From: a virus | Lineage: Duplodnaviria; Caudoviricetes | Reading direction: 5' to 3' (one strand) | Length of the DNA stretch: 53,223 nt | IMG/VR virus record: IMGVR_UViG_3300048999_000018 | Span: 1-53,223 of that record | Part shown: in pieces, positions 31,870-43,233 of the stretch | Layout of the letters: each line of letters begins with the position of its first letter | Numbering within the stretch: the stretch's first letter is position 1 | Translations under genes and position numbers: made by a program | Notes under the pieces: generated by a model | The model's input: the letters and a program-made list of their open reading frames with translations, nothing else | What the model was told of the DNA's origin: nothing | The model's database searches: none

Positions 31870-33045
31870 TCACCCAGGCAGATCGGCCCAGTGCTCGGTC
31901 GTGTAGTCATTCCAAACCTTATCGGCCGGCAACGCCAACCAAGATCCAGGTGTGACGAATTGGTTGACAGTCAGCGTAGGATATGATCTGTCGCCTTGGT
32001 TGTCCGACACAAAGATCTGCTCAGTGACTTGCATGTCATTCATGACACCACTGGCGTTTCTGAGCGTTACGAGATCACCAAGGTTGTAGTCGGTTCCATA
32101 CTTGTACTGACTGTTTTGACTGATCTCTCCGTCGAAAGCAGAGGTCTTTCGATACTTGGCCAGCTCGTCAATGCCACGTCGAATCATTTGAGCAGAAGCT
32201 GTTGGAGGATCCGGGTCTGTTATGTCGTCTGCTTGGACGATCAAGACCTGACGGCTAAAACCGGCCACAGAAGAATCAGCCTCAGGCGCATAGACGATTT
32301 CAGTCCCAACAGGCGAAAGGACATATGCGACATTTTTGTATGCCGCACTTGACGTCAATTCGCTGGTGTTCTGAAGATTGTCTAGCTCTGAACTGAACAG
32401 TACCGCGGGAAGCACGGATTGATGTGTGGTCCTATCACTTCCCGTGTAGATGCCGAAATACAGCTGAGACGTATCGAAGTTCCGAACCAGGCGGAAACCA
32501 AGAAGGTACTGATCACACAGATCTTTTTCAGCTGTATAGACAGTTTTCGGATCGACTTCATAAGTGATGATGTCCACGGGAGCAGGGATAGTATCGTCAG
32601 GGAATATGCTTCCCTCGGTGACCATCGGAATGACATCTGAAGCATGGAGAATTCCAGTGACACAGATGTCGTGAAAGATCTGTACGGCTATGGCCACTGG
32701 AGTTCCTGTGAGAACCCATTTTGGATCTGTTGTCAGATCATCCATGGACCCCCTGGCGAGGCGACTGTCGAGAATCGCCTCCAACGACCGTCCAGTGAGC
32801 TTCAGAATCTTGATTCCGTTGTCATCAATAGAATCCTCGACAGTCTCTACAGTCATTACACGATACGACTCGTTGATCGCGAATCTGGTTCCCGCCGGAA
32901 ACAAATTCCTGTTCTCAAGAGTCGAGTGCAGATGTAGTTCAAAATCACCATAGGCCGAAAACCTCTCGGTCCAGATAAGCGACTCGAATTTGTCCACTAC
33001 CGTTTGCCGGCGGTAGAGACTGTCGAGGATGTACATCTCCATCAC
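31870..33045 (-). CDS. Siphovirus ReqiPepy6 Gp37-like minor tail (baseplate hub) protein
   Basis: FESLIWTERF...GDFEL, YG.DY.LGDLV; follows the distal tail gene. Confidence 0.8.
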   Translation of the reverse strand: MMEMYILDSLYRRQTVVDKFESLIWTERFSAYGDFELHLHSTLENRNLFPAGTRFAINESYRVMTVETVEDSIDDNGIKILKLTGRSLEAILDSRLARGSMDDLTTDPKWVLTGTPVAIAVQIFHDICVTGILHASDVIPMVTEGSIFPDDTIPAPVDIITYEVDPKTVYTAEKDLCDQYLLGFRLVRNFDTSQLYFGIYTGSDRTTHQSVLPAVLFSSELDNLQNTSELTSSAAYKNVAYVLSPVGTEIVYAPEADSSVAGFSRQVLIVQADDITDPDPPTASAQMIRRGIDELAKYRKTSAFDGEISQNSQYKYGTDYNLGDLVTLRNASGVMNDMQVTEQIFVSDNQGDRSYPTLTVNQFVTPGSWLALPADKVWNDYTTEHWADLPG

Positions 33046-33863
33046 AAACCCCCGTATCGAGGTGTGAAGGTGATGTCGTACGGGATTGCTGCCCCCGTCG
33101 CGTAGATTCGGAAATAGTTATCCCCGGGCTGGAAATCGACCCAACTTGACTGAGACGACATTCCGTACAGCAACGAAGACGTGATACCAGACCTCGTCAG
33201 AAGCACGCTTTTGGATCCATTGACAGTGCTTATGGTGAGCTTGTCGCCGGAAACCATAGATGCTGCTACATCCAAGACACGGATGTTGTTATCGGGAGGC
33301 CTGTTGTAGATGGTGAATTCAGTGAGGGCACGATTCACGTGCAATACAACCACGAAACCGGTTTCGATCGTGCCCTGGTAGTCCAAATGAGTCTCAGCGG
33401 TACTCGAAACCGTCGAACCACTGAGTGTGACCGATGTTGAGTCTATGAAATCCGGATCGAAGCAGAGGATCGAAATATCGACCTTCGGCTCATTGGAGAA
33501 GAGTGGAGACTCGAAAGATTCCACCCTCCCAGCAATGTCAACAATTGAACCGTCATCCATGTAGAACCGAAGTCCAACTTGAGACTTCGGCATGAAGAAG
33601 TTGTACAACCGCTTTCTGAGATCACGAACCGTATCCACGACATAGTCGGGATCAAGACCGAATGTCATCGTGATGTTCCGAGTGTCGCGTCGACTGGACT
33701 GATACTGTGCGCCGTCCATCGCAGCGAAACTTGATGACACTAGCGTGGCCTTGACTGGATCCAGACCGTCAATCTCTTGAACGATAATCCCCGAAGACAC
33801 GTCATCCAGCAAAAGGCTCAGGAGTGTGCCCTGAAGAGTCTGAACGTCGACCTGTGTTATCAC
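33042..33863 (-). CDS. Distal tail protein
   Basis: Directly after the tape measure; I.GL.P...DG......R...RNI. Confidence 0.75.
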   Translation of the reverse strand: MITQVDVQTLQGTLLSLLLDDVSSGIIVQEIDGLDPVKATLVSSSFAAMDGAQYQSSRRDTRNITMTFGLDPDYVVDTVRDLRKRLYNFFMPKSQVGLRFYMDDGSIVDIAGRVESFESPLFSNEPKVDISILCFDPDFIDSTSVTLSGSTVSSTAETHLDYQGTIETGFVVVLHVNRALTEFTIYNRPPDNNIRVLDVAASMVSGDKLTISTVNGSKSVLLTRSGITSSLLYGMSSQSSWVDFQPGDNYFRIYATGAAIPYDITFTPRYGGL

Positions 33864-36800
33864 GGATTCTTCAGAGCCCCCTTCGCAATAGATAGCTGAT
33901 TCTTCGTCTGACGATAAATATCGGCAGCGGACAATGTCTTTGGTGACGTGTTGTATTGGTTGAAGTTGATTGGTGCAGCAGAAACCTTAGCTCCGGTGAT
34001 CGAATCAACAGTGGACGAATCCGTCATGGTGCTGTTGGAAATGCCCACTGCCTTAGCGTATGCCGCGTCAACCGAGATGGGTTGAGCAGTCAGCATTCCG
34101 CTGATGTCTCCGGCATTCTTCTTTACGCTGGAAAGATCCAACACAGGAGTGATGGTCGGCGTGATATCAACCGGGCCTGTTATCAGATCAGACATACCCG
34201 AAAGAGACTTGCTGAGTGAAGTGATAGCAGATTGCCCCATGCTCTCCGCAGACTTCGAAACAGCGACAGAAGCAGCATCAAGTCCATTGATGAGACCCTC
34301 AGCCGAATATGAACCGATCTCCTTGAAGACTGTAGACGGAGACTTGATTCCAAGAGCGTTCTTGATGGCCTTGACCATCGCGTCAGCAATCGTATTCATC
34401 TGCTTCTGGATAGCAGATTGTTGCTTCTTGAGACCGTCCACAAGGCCCTGTGCAGAGTCAACAGCAGCCTGGTACAGTGCGCTGGATGCGGACTTTCCTA
34501 GGGCCGCAGCAGCCGTGTCAAGCTGCTTGTCGAGGCTGTTGATCTGGTCAACACTGGTCTTACCGCCGGCCAGAAGTTCCTGAGCGAACGGAAGAGCTGT
34601 AGCTCCCTGACTGAGCAACTGCTTGTAGGCATCGTCGTTCAGTCCCAGCTTGCGGAGACGCGCAAGCGTGTTAGAGAATACCTTAGTGTCTTCGATCTGC
34701 TTCTGAATACTGTCGACATAATCAGCAACAGTGGTTGTGTCGGTGATAGTCGGAAGCGTTTCGAATTGCGTTGTGACGGTCGCATTGTAGTCATCGCGCG
34801 TCTTCTTCGCGTTGGCAAGAGCGTCATTCGCATTGTTGAGCTTGGTCGTAAGAGTGTCGTACTGAGTTGAGAGCTTGGTGAGCTCTACTCGCTCTTCGCT
34901 CAACTTCTTGGTGAGAGTTGTGAAAGCGGCCTGTTCGCCGTTGTACTCACTTCGAGCCTGAGCAAGTGCGTCAGTGGTCTCCTTGATCGCCTGAGTGTCC
35001 TTCTTACGGGCACTTGTAAGCGTCTTGAGACGGTCTTCGAGAGTCTGCACCTTCTGACCGGTAGCTTGCATTGCGGCAGAAAGTTGGCTCTGCATGGCGT
35101 TAAGGGCGGTTGTTACCTGACCCCTACCGCCGACGAGTCCCTTGGCGAAACCTTCGTTGACCGATTCACCGATCTTGACGAACTCCTTTGATGGGGAGTT
35201 GATGTCAAGAACACTCTTTGCAGCACTAATAGCGCTCTTCGCAATGCTTGCGGCTTTGTCAGCGATTGTGCCGATGCCCGCCGTAAGACCCTTGGCCATG
35301 CCCTCGATGATTGCAGTGCCGAGATTCGCACCTGCTTCACCTACAGCAGCAGAATTGTCATCGATCGCCTTAGCAACACCATTGATGAACTTCACGATGA
35401 AGTCAGCGCCGGCCTGAGCAATCTTGGGTATGCTATCGCCCAAAGCACCCAGGAATTTGGTGACAATATTTGTGGCTGCTGCAACTATCTTTCCGATATT
35501 GTTACCGATACCCGTAAGAATGCCAGTCACGAGTCGAAGACCCGCGTCGACCATTTTGGGTACGTAATTCGCCAACTGCTGAACGAGCATCGTGAGGAGT
35601 CTGAGCAACGTCGACACAATTTTTGGCGTCAAAGTTCCTATCGCCGTGATCAGCGAATTCAGAACTGTTGTGATCGCCTTGGTCATGGCTGGGCCAGCCG
35701 TAGATATGACCTTGGCGAACGCAATAACGCCTTGACCTAGCTCCGTCATAACCTTGGGAATTAGTCCTAGGAGAGACGACACGATTGCGACAATTGCACC
35801 TGCACCCGCTGCGCCAGAGATACTCAAAGCCGTAAGACCGGCAGAGAACAACAGAAGGCCTGCTCCGGCAGACAACATTCCCAAACCGAGAAGCAGGATA
35901 GCTCCACCGAGTCCGATAAGAACCGGAACAACAGGTGCTAGCAAAATTCCCGCGGCGCCAATTATGACGAAGACTCCGGCGAGCATCGTGAGACCCTTGC
36001 CGATTTCTTCCCACGACATTTGTCCAAACGCCAGTAGAACAGGCGCCAGAATCAACAAAGAACCGGCCACCACGAGCAGAGCCGCAGCGCCAGGAAGAGC
36101 ACTCGTCATCGATATGACTGCTACTGCGATGATCCCAAGAGCGCCGGCAAGAGTTACCAGTCCCTTAGCGATCTCTCCCCAACTCATCCCAGCCATGTTT
36201 TGCAGCGCTGTGCTGATCAACCCGAGGGAAGCAGCAACAATGAGAATTGCAGCGGCAGAGAGCAAGGATGAGGGAGGAAGAATATAGAGCGCAGCCGCGA
36301 TAAGAACAAGAGCGCCAGCAAGAACCGTTAGGCCCTTACCTATGTCGCCCCAACTCATCGTGGCCATGTTTTTTACAGCATCGGCGATCAACCCGAGAGA
36401 AGATGCGACGATCAAAACACCTGCAGCAGACAGAGCCGCAGTTGGCGGGATCAAATAGAGAGCCGCACCAATCAACAGGAGCCCACCGGCCATGACCGAA
36501 AGACCCTTGCCGATTTCAGTCCACGAGAAGGAAGAGAAATCCTTCATGGCGCTTGCAAGGATTTTCATAGCCGTAGCTAGAAGAATGATTCCTGCGCCTT
36601 GAAGAACGCCGGCCTTTCCTGCTTCTGAGAACTTGGTGAACAACGCCAAGCTGACAAGCAGTGCTCCTACACCGACAAGTCCCTTAGCCAATTCTTGCCA
36701 ACTGAAGCCAGCAAGATCCGTTACAGCAGAAACAAGAATGTTGATAGCTGCAGCGAGAGCGATCAAGCCGAGACCGGTAGAGATCATTCCCGACGTAGCA

Positions 36801-39142
36801 GGCATCAGTTTCATCGCGCCGGCGAGAGCAGCGATAAGAACTGTTACTCCGGTCAAACCCTTTGACAACTGGACCCAGTCAAGACCAGCAAGGTTCTTGA
36901 CAGCTATCGTCAATAGATCAACAGCAGTGGCAAGAAGAATCATGGCACCAGTGACCAAGATCATCTTACCAAAGCCGGCACCACCGACGAATTTATTGAA
37001 CACAGCCATCGAAGCGAACAACTGAGTGAACATCACGGCCATAGCCGTAAGCGCTCGCGTCAGATCATCCGAATTGATCTTGGACAATGCCACAACAGAA
37101 ATCGTCAAGATTCCGATAGCAGTTGCGATCTCAAGGAGAATCGTAGCCTTCAGAACCTGTTGCATTGTCTTAAGAGTATTCGTCAGTTGATCGAAAGACT
37201 CACGAATTCCACTGAAAACACCGCTGATTCCACTGTCTTGATTCCTGAACTTGCTAAGGAAATTCTTCAGGAGAAGCAGAAGAGTAGCGAACAACCCGGT
37301 GTTGACTGAATCAAGAACACGACTGAAATCGATACCGGAGAAAGCAGACGAGATAGACGTCCCCAGCTTGCTGAAGAACGAAGTAACCTTATCTGCAAGA
37401 GGACCGATATTGCCCAGGATGTTGTTGAGAATCTGTACGAAATGATCTCCGCCAGAAGTTATCGAATCAATCAAACGACCGAGGGGATTAAGCTTGTCAG
37501 CAACTCCAGTGACAGATTTCGCTGCACTATCGCCATTGAAGTTGTCGAACAACGAACCTATTTTGGAAGCAAGAACTTGGAAAAGTTTGATCGGAATAGC
37601 TAGGATGTTACCAAGCCGTTGGAAGAACGTGGTTAGTCCGGTACCCTGATCTATTGCCTTGTGCAAAGCTACAAGGAAATCTCCTATTTTGGCAGTTACG
37701 CCAAGGAAGCTTCCGGAGCCTTGTGTTGCGGTCTTGAACAGGCTCGCGAGAGTTTTGGCTACTCCCTTTACGATGTCCCATCCGATACCAAGGATCGCAA
37801 AGAACCCAGCGAAAGTCCTCCGGAGGTTTTCTGCGGTTTGAGGACCTAGTTTGAGCCTCTCCATGAAGTTACGGAAGTTGACCGTGAGGTCGTAAAGCTG
37901 CTTGCCGGTAGTTGCCGGGAAGATTTCACGGAAGGCGTCCTTGATCGGCTTGATGACCGAAATGAGAGCGTAAAAGGCCTTGGAAATTCCATCGATCAGT
38001 GCTGTACGACCGCCGAGAGCTTTCCAGTCACCGAGCACCTTGTTGCGCGCATTGCTTGAAGCACTTACGAATCCACCAAGAACATTGTTAACATTGGTGA
38101 ATAGCGTCTTCGCTTCGTTGAAATCGCCGAACAAGATCTGCCAAGTCTTGGTCCAACCAGATCCAACAGCTTCTTGCAAAGTGTTGATGAGCTGAGAGAA
38201 CGTTTTGATCTTAGTGGCTGCGTCCTGAGCGGTTTTACCCATCTTCAGGATGCCGGCGATCTGTTGGGTGTTGTACCCCATGGCCTTAAGCTGCTTGGCC
38301 GTTAGGTCGCCAGTGAACTTGTTCAGAGTTTCAGTCAGAATGCTGGATGTAAGCCAACCCTTTTGCAGGGAATTACGGAAACTGCCTTCATCCTTGATGA
38401 TCTTGTCTACTGCTACGCCGTGAGCACGAGCTGTTTCCACAAGAGACTGCTGGAAAACCTTGCCGCCCATGCCCGCATTGACTACTGAGTTCCAGTCCTG
38501 CAGCGTGACCTTGCCCGCAGCCAGAGCTTGGGAAAGTTGATACATTGCGGTTGAAGCTTGATCGGCATTGGAACCCGAAATAGCAGCAAGGTTTGCAATT
38601 CCCTTGATTGCAGAAACCGAAGTATCAAGATTCACGCCCGCAGCAGTGAATGTACCAACGTTCTTAGCCATTTCCGAGAAGTTGTAAATTGTCTTGTCGG
38701 AATATGTGTTGAGGTCATTCAGAGCAGCATTGACCTTGTTGAGACCCTTTTGGCCTTCAAGACCGGTGTTGGCAAGAACCGTTTGAATGGCGTTGAGGTT
38801 TGTCTCATACTCGTGAAAACCGGCCATGATAGGGCCGAAACTGAAGGAATTGAGAAGTTGAGCTCCCGCGGAAACAGCTCGTTGTGAGATGGTTGCCAGA
38901 GCTGTAATTCCGACCACAGACATTGCACGGAATTTGCTGGCGATGTTCTCTACACCGGATGCTATGCCACTGAGAGAGACGCCCTTGGCGGCGCTGCTAA
39001 TATCAGTAAGACCCTTGGTAGCTCCCTCAAGCTTCAGGCCTTTAGTGAGCTTGTCAAGCGAGGAAAGGGTCGTAGATATACCTTGTTCGAACTGACGATT
39101 GTCGAACACCATTTGGACGACGCGCTCATCGATACTACTCAT
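33860..39142 (-). CDS. Tape measure protein
   Basis: About 1760 aa, Ala/Gly-rich helical; tape-measure domain (LN.YSDKTIYNF.EM), SW.EI.KGL repeats, I.SPS motifs; start MSSID. Confidence 0.92.
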   Translation of the reverse strand: MSSIDERVVQMVFDNRQFEQGISTTLSSLDKLTKGLKLEGATKGLTDISSAAKGVSLSGIASGVENIASKFRAMSVVGITALATISQRAVSAGAQLLNSFSFGPIMAGFHEYETNLNAIQTVLANTGLEGQKGLNKVNAALNDLNTYSDKTIYNFSEMAKNVGTFTAAGVNLDTSVSAIKGIANLAAISGSNADQASTAMYQLSQALAAGKVTLQDWNSVVNAGMGGKVFQQSLVETARAHGVAVDKIIKDEGSFRNSLQKGWLTSSILTETLNKFTGDLTAKQLKAMGYNTQQIAGILKMGKTAQDAATKIKTFSQLINTLQEAVGSGWTKTWQILFGDFNEAKTLFTNVNNVLGGFVSASSNARNKVLGDWKALGGRTALIDGISKAFYALISVIKPIKDAFREIFPATTGKQLYDLTVNFRNFMERLKLGPQTAENLRRTFAGFFAILGIGWDIVKGVAKTLASLFKTATQGSGSFLGVTAKIGDFLVALHKAIDQGTGLTTFFQRLGNILAIPIKLFQVLASKIGSLFDNFNGDSAAKSVTGVADKLNPLGRLIDSITSGGDHFVQILNNILGNIGPLADKVTSFFSKLGTSISSAFSGIDFSRVLDSVNTGLFATLLLLLKNFLSKFRNQDSGISGVFSGIRESFDQLTNTLKTMQQVLKATILLEIATAIGILTISVVALSKINSDDLTRALTAMAVMFTQLFASMAVFNKFVGGAGFGKMILVTGAMILLATAVDLLTIAVKNLAGLDWVQLSKGLTGVTVLIAALAGAMKLMPATSGMISTGLGLIALAAAINILVSAVTDLAGFSWQELAKGLVGVGALLVSLALFTKFSEAGKAGVLQGAGIILLATAMKILASAMKDFSSFSWTEIGKGLSVMAGGLLLIGAALYLIPPTAALSAAGVLIVASSLGLIADAVKNMATMSWGDIGKGLTVLAGALVLIAAALYILPPSSLLSAAAILIVAASLGLISTALQNMAGMSWGEIAKGLVTLAGALGIIAVAVISMTSALPGAAALLVVAGSLLILAPVLLAFGQMSWEEIGKGLTMLAGVFVIIGAAGILLAPVVPVLIGLGGAILLLGLGMLSAGAGLLLFSAGLTALSISGAAGAGAIVAIVSSLLGLIPKVMTELGQGVIAFAKVISTAGPAMTKAITTVLNSLITAIGTLTPKIVSTLLRLLTMLVQQLANYVPKMVDAGLRLVTGILTGIGNNIGKIVAAATNIVTKFLGALGDSIPKIAQAGADFIVKFINGVAKAIDDNSAAVGEAGANLGTAIIEGMAKGLTAGIGTIADKAASIAKSAISAAKSVLDINSPSKEFVKIGESVNEGFAKGLVGGRGQVTTALNAMQSQLSAAMQATGQKVQTLEDRLKTLTSARKKDTQAIKETTDALAQARSEYNGEQAAFTTLTKKLSEERVELTKLSTQYDTLTTKLNNANDALANAKKTRDDYNATVTTQFETLPTITDTTTVADYVDSIQKQIEDTKVFSNTLARLRKLGLNDDAYKQLLSQGATALPFAQELLAGGKTSVDQINSLDKQLDTAAAALGKSASSALYQAAVDSAQGLVDGLKKQQSAIQKQMNTIADAMVKAIKNALGIKSPSTVFKEIGSYSAEGLINGLDAASVAVSKSAESMGQSAITSLSKSLSGMSDLITGPVDITPTITPVLDLSSVKKNAGDISGMLTAQPISVDAAYAKAVGISNSTMTDSSTVDSITGAKVSAAPINFNQYNTSPKTLSAADIYRQTKNQLSIAKGALKNP

Positions 39143-39516
39143 CCGGAGATCACCGCCTTCCATATGTCGTCTGCAATTTTGTCAAAGACGGGCCTCATTG
39201 CCGGGTTGATAAAGTCATACCCAGCTACGTAACCACCAGTTCCAGTTCCATGGCCGTACTGGAGCATGATTACGACAGGAAACCCGTTTTCGACATCGGA
39301 GTTCGTCCAAGTAATTGTGTAAAATCCGCCGGAGTTAGAGACCTCAAAACCCCATGAGTGAGCTGCCACTCCGGTTTCTATAGGGGTTACACGCGAAAGA
39401 GCGTTAACGCCTTGCTGCGCGCTTGCTCTTAGCAAACCGAGAATATCCAATTTGGACACTCTCTTGAGGAAGGCCTGCGTTTTTTCGAAGGAGCCTGTTA
39501 TTTTTACCGTTATCAC
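39139..39516 (-). CDS. HK97 gp10-like tail completion / neck protein
   Basis: GV.AL...TP..TG..A.SW, LQYGHGT.TGGYV.G.DFINPA. Confidence 0.7.
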   Translation of the reverse strand: MITVKITGSFEKTQAFLKRVSKLDILGLLRASAQQGVNALSRVTPIETGVAAHSWGFEVSNSGGFYTITWTNSDVENGFPVVIMLQYGHGTGTGGYVAGYDFINPAMRPVFDKIADDIWKAVISG

Positions 39517-39533
39517 TTCGGCTCCTCCTTGTT

Positions 39534-40673
39534 CTAGAAACCTGTAACCGGGTAGCTTGCGCAGAATTCCACAGTGGTCGGCTGAGAAGAAAGACCACCA
39601 GAACCGGCTATGATCGATCCGTCAGTGAGAATTCCGAAGACTGAGGGACGAGCGGCAGCACCAAATGCACCACCGCGAACGTTCACTGCAGGACGATACG
39701 CGGCAGGAATTGCCCCGGCATTCGCGATGGTCATCAGAGTGGCCGAAGTGAAAGTTCCGTTTGCGCCGCCTCGGAAATATACGACGCCACCCTTCACCCT
39801 ATATGCCAACTGACTGATGCCCGTAGCGTTATAGCCTGAGGCATAACTGATACTGACCCAGTCTGTGTCTCCGCCCAGAGTGATCCAGTTGGACCAACCG
39901 CTTGCGGTGTTAGACGTCCTCTGCCACAGCTCGGTGCTAGCTCCCGTGCCGCCCTGATGCTTGATCCACTGCTGTTTGGTGAAGTCGTTGGTGACGTCGC
40001 GGTAAGTAAGAACCTCGCCGGCCTTACCCGTAAAGTCCCAAGAACCAGAAGTAGCAGTCGTGTAGTAGAGACGCGATGCTCCAGCAGGGTAGCTAGTGGC
40101 TGCTGTGGTTTGCACGAAACTTGCGGCAACCAAGTTGTTCACGATCGACAATTGCTGCCATGCTGTCCAACCACCGCCACCACTGGTACTGTTGTAGATT
40201 CGAACCCACGTCAAGACCGGGGTCGTTCCACCGGAGTTGGAATAGAAGGTCTGTATGCATCGGTCTGTTCCGACATTGTGAGTTATCACTGAGCCGAAGC
40301 CAGAGTTGATCGACCAGCCAGAACCAGTCGTGAGTGGCATGAACGAAACGCCACTCGGATATGACGAAGGCGTAGCACTTTCAACAACCAAAGCAATGAC
40401 CGTAGCCTTGAGAGCCGAAGCAAGGCCGGCGGGAGTCACTGCACGAATGGTGTCGGTTAGAGCAGCGGTTTCTGTTCCGGTAGCGAGCTCGACAATGCCC
40501 GAAGCAATAGTACTGGCTGCAGGAACTGCAGTTGCAATATTGCCGGCATCGATCTCGGTTCCGTCGTGCTGTGTGAGAATGAGATGGCCTGAACCATCGA
40601 TCACTCCACTCACCACTGTTGCAGCTTCGATAGCGAGCATTCTGTCGGCTGTCAAGCCGGTGATGGTAGCCAC
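39534..40673 (-). CDS. Minor tail / fibre-like structural protein
   Basis: G.L.LT..DG..IDAG, AVTPAGL, two repeated W..W-ending modules; Ser/Thr/Gly-rich. Confidence 0.65.
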   Translation of the reverse strand: MATITGLTADRMLAIEAATVVSGVIDGSGHLILTQHDGTEIDAGNIATAVPAASTIASGIVELATGTETAALTDTIRAVTPAGLASALKATVIALVVESATPSSYPSGVSFMPLTTGSGWSINSGFGSVITHNVGTDRCIQTFYSNSGGTTPVLTWVRIYNSTSGGGGWTAWQQLSIVNNLVAASFVQTTAATSYPAGASRLYYTTATSGSWDFTGKAGEVLTYRDVTNDFTKQQWIKHQGGTGASTELWQRTSNTASGWSNWITLGGDTDWVSISYASGYNATGISQLAYRVKGGVVYFRGGANGTFTSATLMTIANAGAIPAAYRPAVNVRGGAFGAAARPSVFGILTDGSIIAGSGGLSSQPTTVEFCASYPVTGF

Positions 40674-40685
40674 GTGACCACCTTT

Positions 40686-41474
40686 CTATGTAGAACTGAT
40701 GGTGTAGCTGTCTTCATCAATGAACACTGCAGTCGATGCTGTAATGGAGAATGTCGTTGAATCCAGCATACGAATAACGTCGAACGGAGCGGTAGCAGTC
40801 CATGTTCCATCGCCATGATCGACGATCGTGAGAGAGGATATGGTATCGAAGATCTCGATCAATTCTGCGAAGGCCGGAATTCTTGCGGGATCCGAATCAG
40901 TCCCGTAAAGAACGTCCTCCACAAGAGAAAGAATCGATGGATCCGTGGATCGCGAATCGATTATGACGTGCGCCATCGGCTTGTATGCAACGATGGCCGG
41001 TGGGCGAGTTGTGATCTTCCAACTAAAGTCGGTTGGATCACTGGATTCACCGAGCGTCTTGTTTGATCGGTCAGTCGGAGAAGCAAGAGCGTTATAGACT
41101 ATGTGAATCTTATAGCCCAGGTCGCCGGCGAGATCATTCCCAACGTTTGTTCGATACGACAAACCGAAAGACTGACGCCTTTGCTGAGTTATGAACATTC
41201 CAGGACGAGGCTGGAAAGTTCCATCGCAATGCGTGAACTCATCAGGGTATGTGAAAGCCGTAATAGTTGCTTCGAATTCTTCAGCACCAGGCACGTTCAA
41301 ATACTTGACGCCGTCGATGTAGAAAGGTTTGGCGTCTCCGCCAGAAGAAGTCTCGTTGACTCCAGTCAAACCATTCCAAGCAACACCTGCTAGCTCTCCG
41401 ACATACAGAACCCCTCGGTCAATGCCAGCTTCATAGAAGCGAGAACCAGCAACGCCCCAAGTGAGCTTTGGCAT
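40686..41474 (-). CDS. Second major-tail-like protein
   Basis: Paralogue of 42065-42934 (L.W...G.R..E.G.DRGVLY, AWNGLT, AFTYPDEF). Confidence 0.85.
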   Translation of the reverse strand: MPKLTWGVAGSRFYEAGIDRGVLYVGELAGVAWNGLTGVNETSSGGDAKPFYIDGVKYLNVPGAEEFEATITAFTYPDEFTHCDGTFQPRPGMFITQQRRQSFGLSYRTNVGNDLAGDLGYKIHIVYNALASPTDRSNKTLGESSDPTDFSWKITTRPPAIVAYKPMAHVIIDSRSTDPSILSLVEDVLYGTDSDPARIPAFAELIEIFDTISSLTIVDHGDGTWTATAPFDVIRMLDSTTFSITASTAVFIDEDSYTISST

Positions 41475-41489
41475 ACCGAATTCCTCCTA

Positions 41490-42038
41490 TCATCCGGAAC
41501 TGCCCAATTGTGCTCTCCGCTGTTCGTTGAGCTCGCGGTTTCTCTGAGCAACTTCTGCTCTGCTCATCTTCTTTTCAGGGGAGTTCTTCTGATTGCAGAC
41601 TCTGATGAGAGTGATCAAACGATTCAAATGCCAGTGTTGACATTCGAAAGGAATGTTCAGCGAAACCATCCAATAGTAGATGATCTCTGCGGTTATTGTT
41701 TCTCGACTGTGCCTTTGGTTGGTGATTTTACTGAACCAAGTAGCAGTCATCTCCTCGCCGATGTATTTGTGAATGGCATCGACGTGTTCTTTTGACTTGA
41801 AAAGTCTGGAGAAAACTTCCGAAGGAACTTTTGGGGTCAAGATCATGGCTTTGATGTACCAAAGCGTTTCTTCAGAAGTCTTATCGCCGTTTCCCAAGAA
41901 AGGCTTTTTGAAGAATGACTCCCATTTTGACAGTGAGGCCAGAGAGTGCTCCAGTTCCAAAGTGAAACTAGTAGCGATCACGAATTCATCTGTCTCTTCG
42001 TTAAAAGCTTCAGACATAGGAACGTTTATGGTAAGCAC
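41490..42038 (-). CDS. Tail assembly chaperone
   Basis: GTG after GGAGG; LEHSL.SLSKWES, T.E.IYYWM....IP.ECQ.WHLNRL..LIRV. Confidence 0.7.
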   Translation of the reverse strand: MLTINVPMSEAFNEETDEFVIATSFTLELEHSLASLSKWESFFKKPFLGNGDKTSEETLWYIKAMILTPKVPSEVFSRLFKSKEHVDAIHKYIGEEMTATWFSKITNQRHSRETITAEIIYYWMVSLNIPFECQHWHLNRLITLIRVCNQKNSPEKKMSRAEVAQRNRELNEQRRAQLGSSG

Positions 42039-42064
42039 TCTCTGACCTCCTATCGAAACGGATG

Positions 42065-42934
42065 TTACACGTAGTCGTAGAACCAGTCGCTGTCGATGAC
42101 AGCCGGGAACTTGTAACCGGTGGCCGGAACGGCGTTGACGATGGTGTCCTGAGTGATGACAACTGCTCCGGGAGCAGCCACCTCGCCCAGGATCTTGTAA
42201 ATGACGCCGGCGATGGTCGGGATGGTGATAGTGTGCGTGCTGCTGTTGTACGCAGGCATGGTCGGGGTGACCGTGGTGATGGTGCCAGCAAACAGAGCCA
42301 GAACGTCGGTAGGGCTGGGCAGAGACGGATCCGAGCCCACAGTGCCGTAGAGGAAGCCCTCCAGAGCAGCAAGAGCAGTCGCATCGACCTTGGTCGAGTC
42401 GATCGTCAGAGTCGCCGTGGGCTTGTAGCCCGGAACATCCAGTGGGATGGTGGTGATGGCCCAACTGAAAGCCAGAGCCTCGGGCGAGTCATTGACAGTC
42501 GCGTGCGCCTTCTCGGAAGGAGCAGCGGTGGCGCCGTAGATCAGGTGCAGCTTGTAGCCGTACTCCGTACCAGTCAGATCGTTACCGACCTTGGTCCGGT
42601 AGCACATGCCGAAGGTGTGGCGGGGCTGCTGACCGATCGCGACGCCCGGCTCGGGAGTGGCCGATCCATCGCACTGAGCCCACTCATCGGGGTACGTGAA
42701 GGCCTCGATGGTGCCGCCGAACTGCTCGGCCGAGTAGAGGTTCAGGTACTTGATGTTGTCGGCGTACTGCGGGTTGGCCTCAGCACCGGAAGGCGACTCG
42801 GTGATGGTCGTGAGACCATTCCAAGCGTATCCGTTGATGTAGGCGCCGGTGTTGTCGGGAATGTACAGAACGCCGCGATCGACACCGGTCTCGAAGATTC
42901 GGTCGCCGGTCTGATCCCAGGCTAGTGTGCTCAT
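42065..42934 (-). CDS. Major tail (tube) protein
   Basis: [37 protein letters not shown]; strong codon bias. Confidence 0.9.
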   Translation of the reverse strand: MSTLAWDQTGDRIFETGVDRGVLYIPDNTGAYINGYAWNGLTTITESPSGAEANPQYADNIKYLNLYSAEQFGGTIEAFTYPDEWAQCDGSATPEPGVAIGQQPRHTFGMCYRTKVGNDLTGTEYGYKLHLIYGATAAPSEKAHATVNDSPEALAFSWAITTIPLDVPGYKPTATLTIDSTKVDATALAALEGFLYGTVGSDPSLPSPTDVLALFAGTITTVTPTMPAYNSSTHTITIPTIAGVIYKILGEVAAPGAVVITQDTIVNAVPATGYKFPAVIDSDWFYDYV

Positions 42935-42944
42935 TCACTTCTCC

Positions 42945-43232
42945 TCAGAAGTATAGTTTGAAAACATCATGATGCAGGTTATCCGCCGAGAAATATCTGT
43001 CGAAGATACTCATTGGCAGAGCCGCAATCTTGTCTGGAATCAAACTGTCAGGGTTCCTGTCGATCACAGTTACCTGATAGCGCTTGGTGTATTTGTAAGT
43101 TTTGTTGTCGGCGAATTCGGTTATTGCATTGTCACGAGCATATACAACGCAAGGATACTGAATTTGCACATTGGCCGGGGGCTGGAAATATACATTCGAG
43201 GTTCCCAAGGCCCCCTCAAGAAGTGCCTGCAA
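42945..43232 (-). CDS. Tail terminator-like protein
   Basis: NVYFQPP....YPC.VY, Y.VTVID..PDS, DNL.H.VF; start uncertain (TTG at 43232). Confidence 0.7.
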   Translation of the reverse strand: MQALLEGALGTSNVYFQPPANVQIQYPCVVYARDNAITEFADNKTYKYTKRYQVTVIDRNPDSLIPDKIAALPMSIFDRYFSADNLHHDVFKLYF

Positions 43233-43233
43233 A

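Noticed and set aside
41490-42464. 324-aa His-rich ORF or programmed frameshift from the major tail gene
   Set aside because: The upstream part is an alternate frame of the tail gene; a GGAGG-GTG start at 42038 explains the chaperone, and no slippery site was seen
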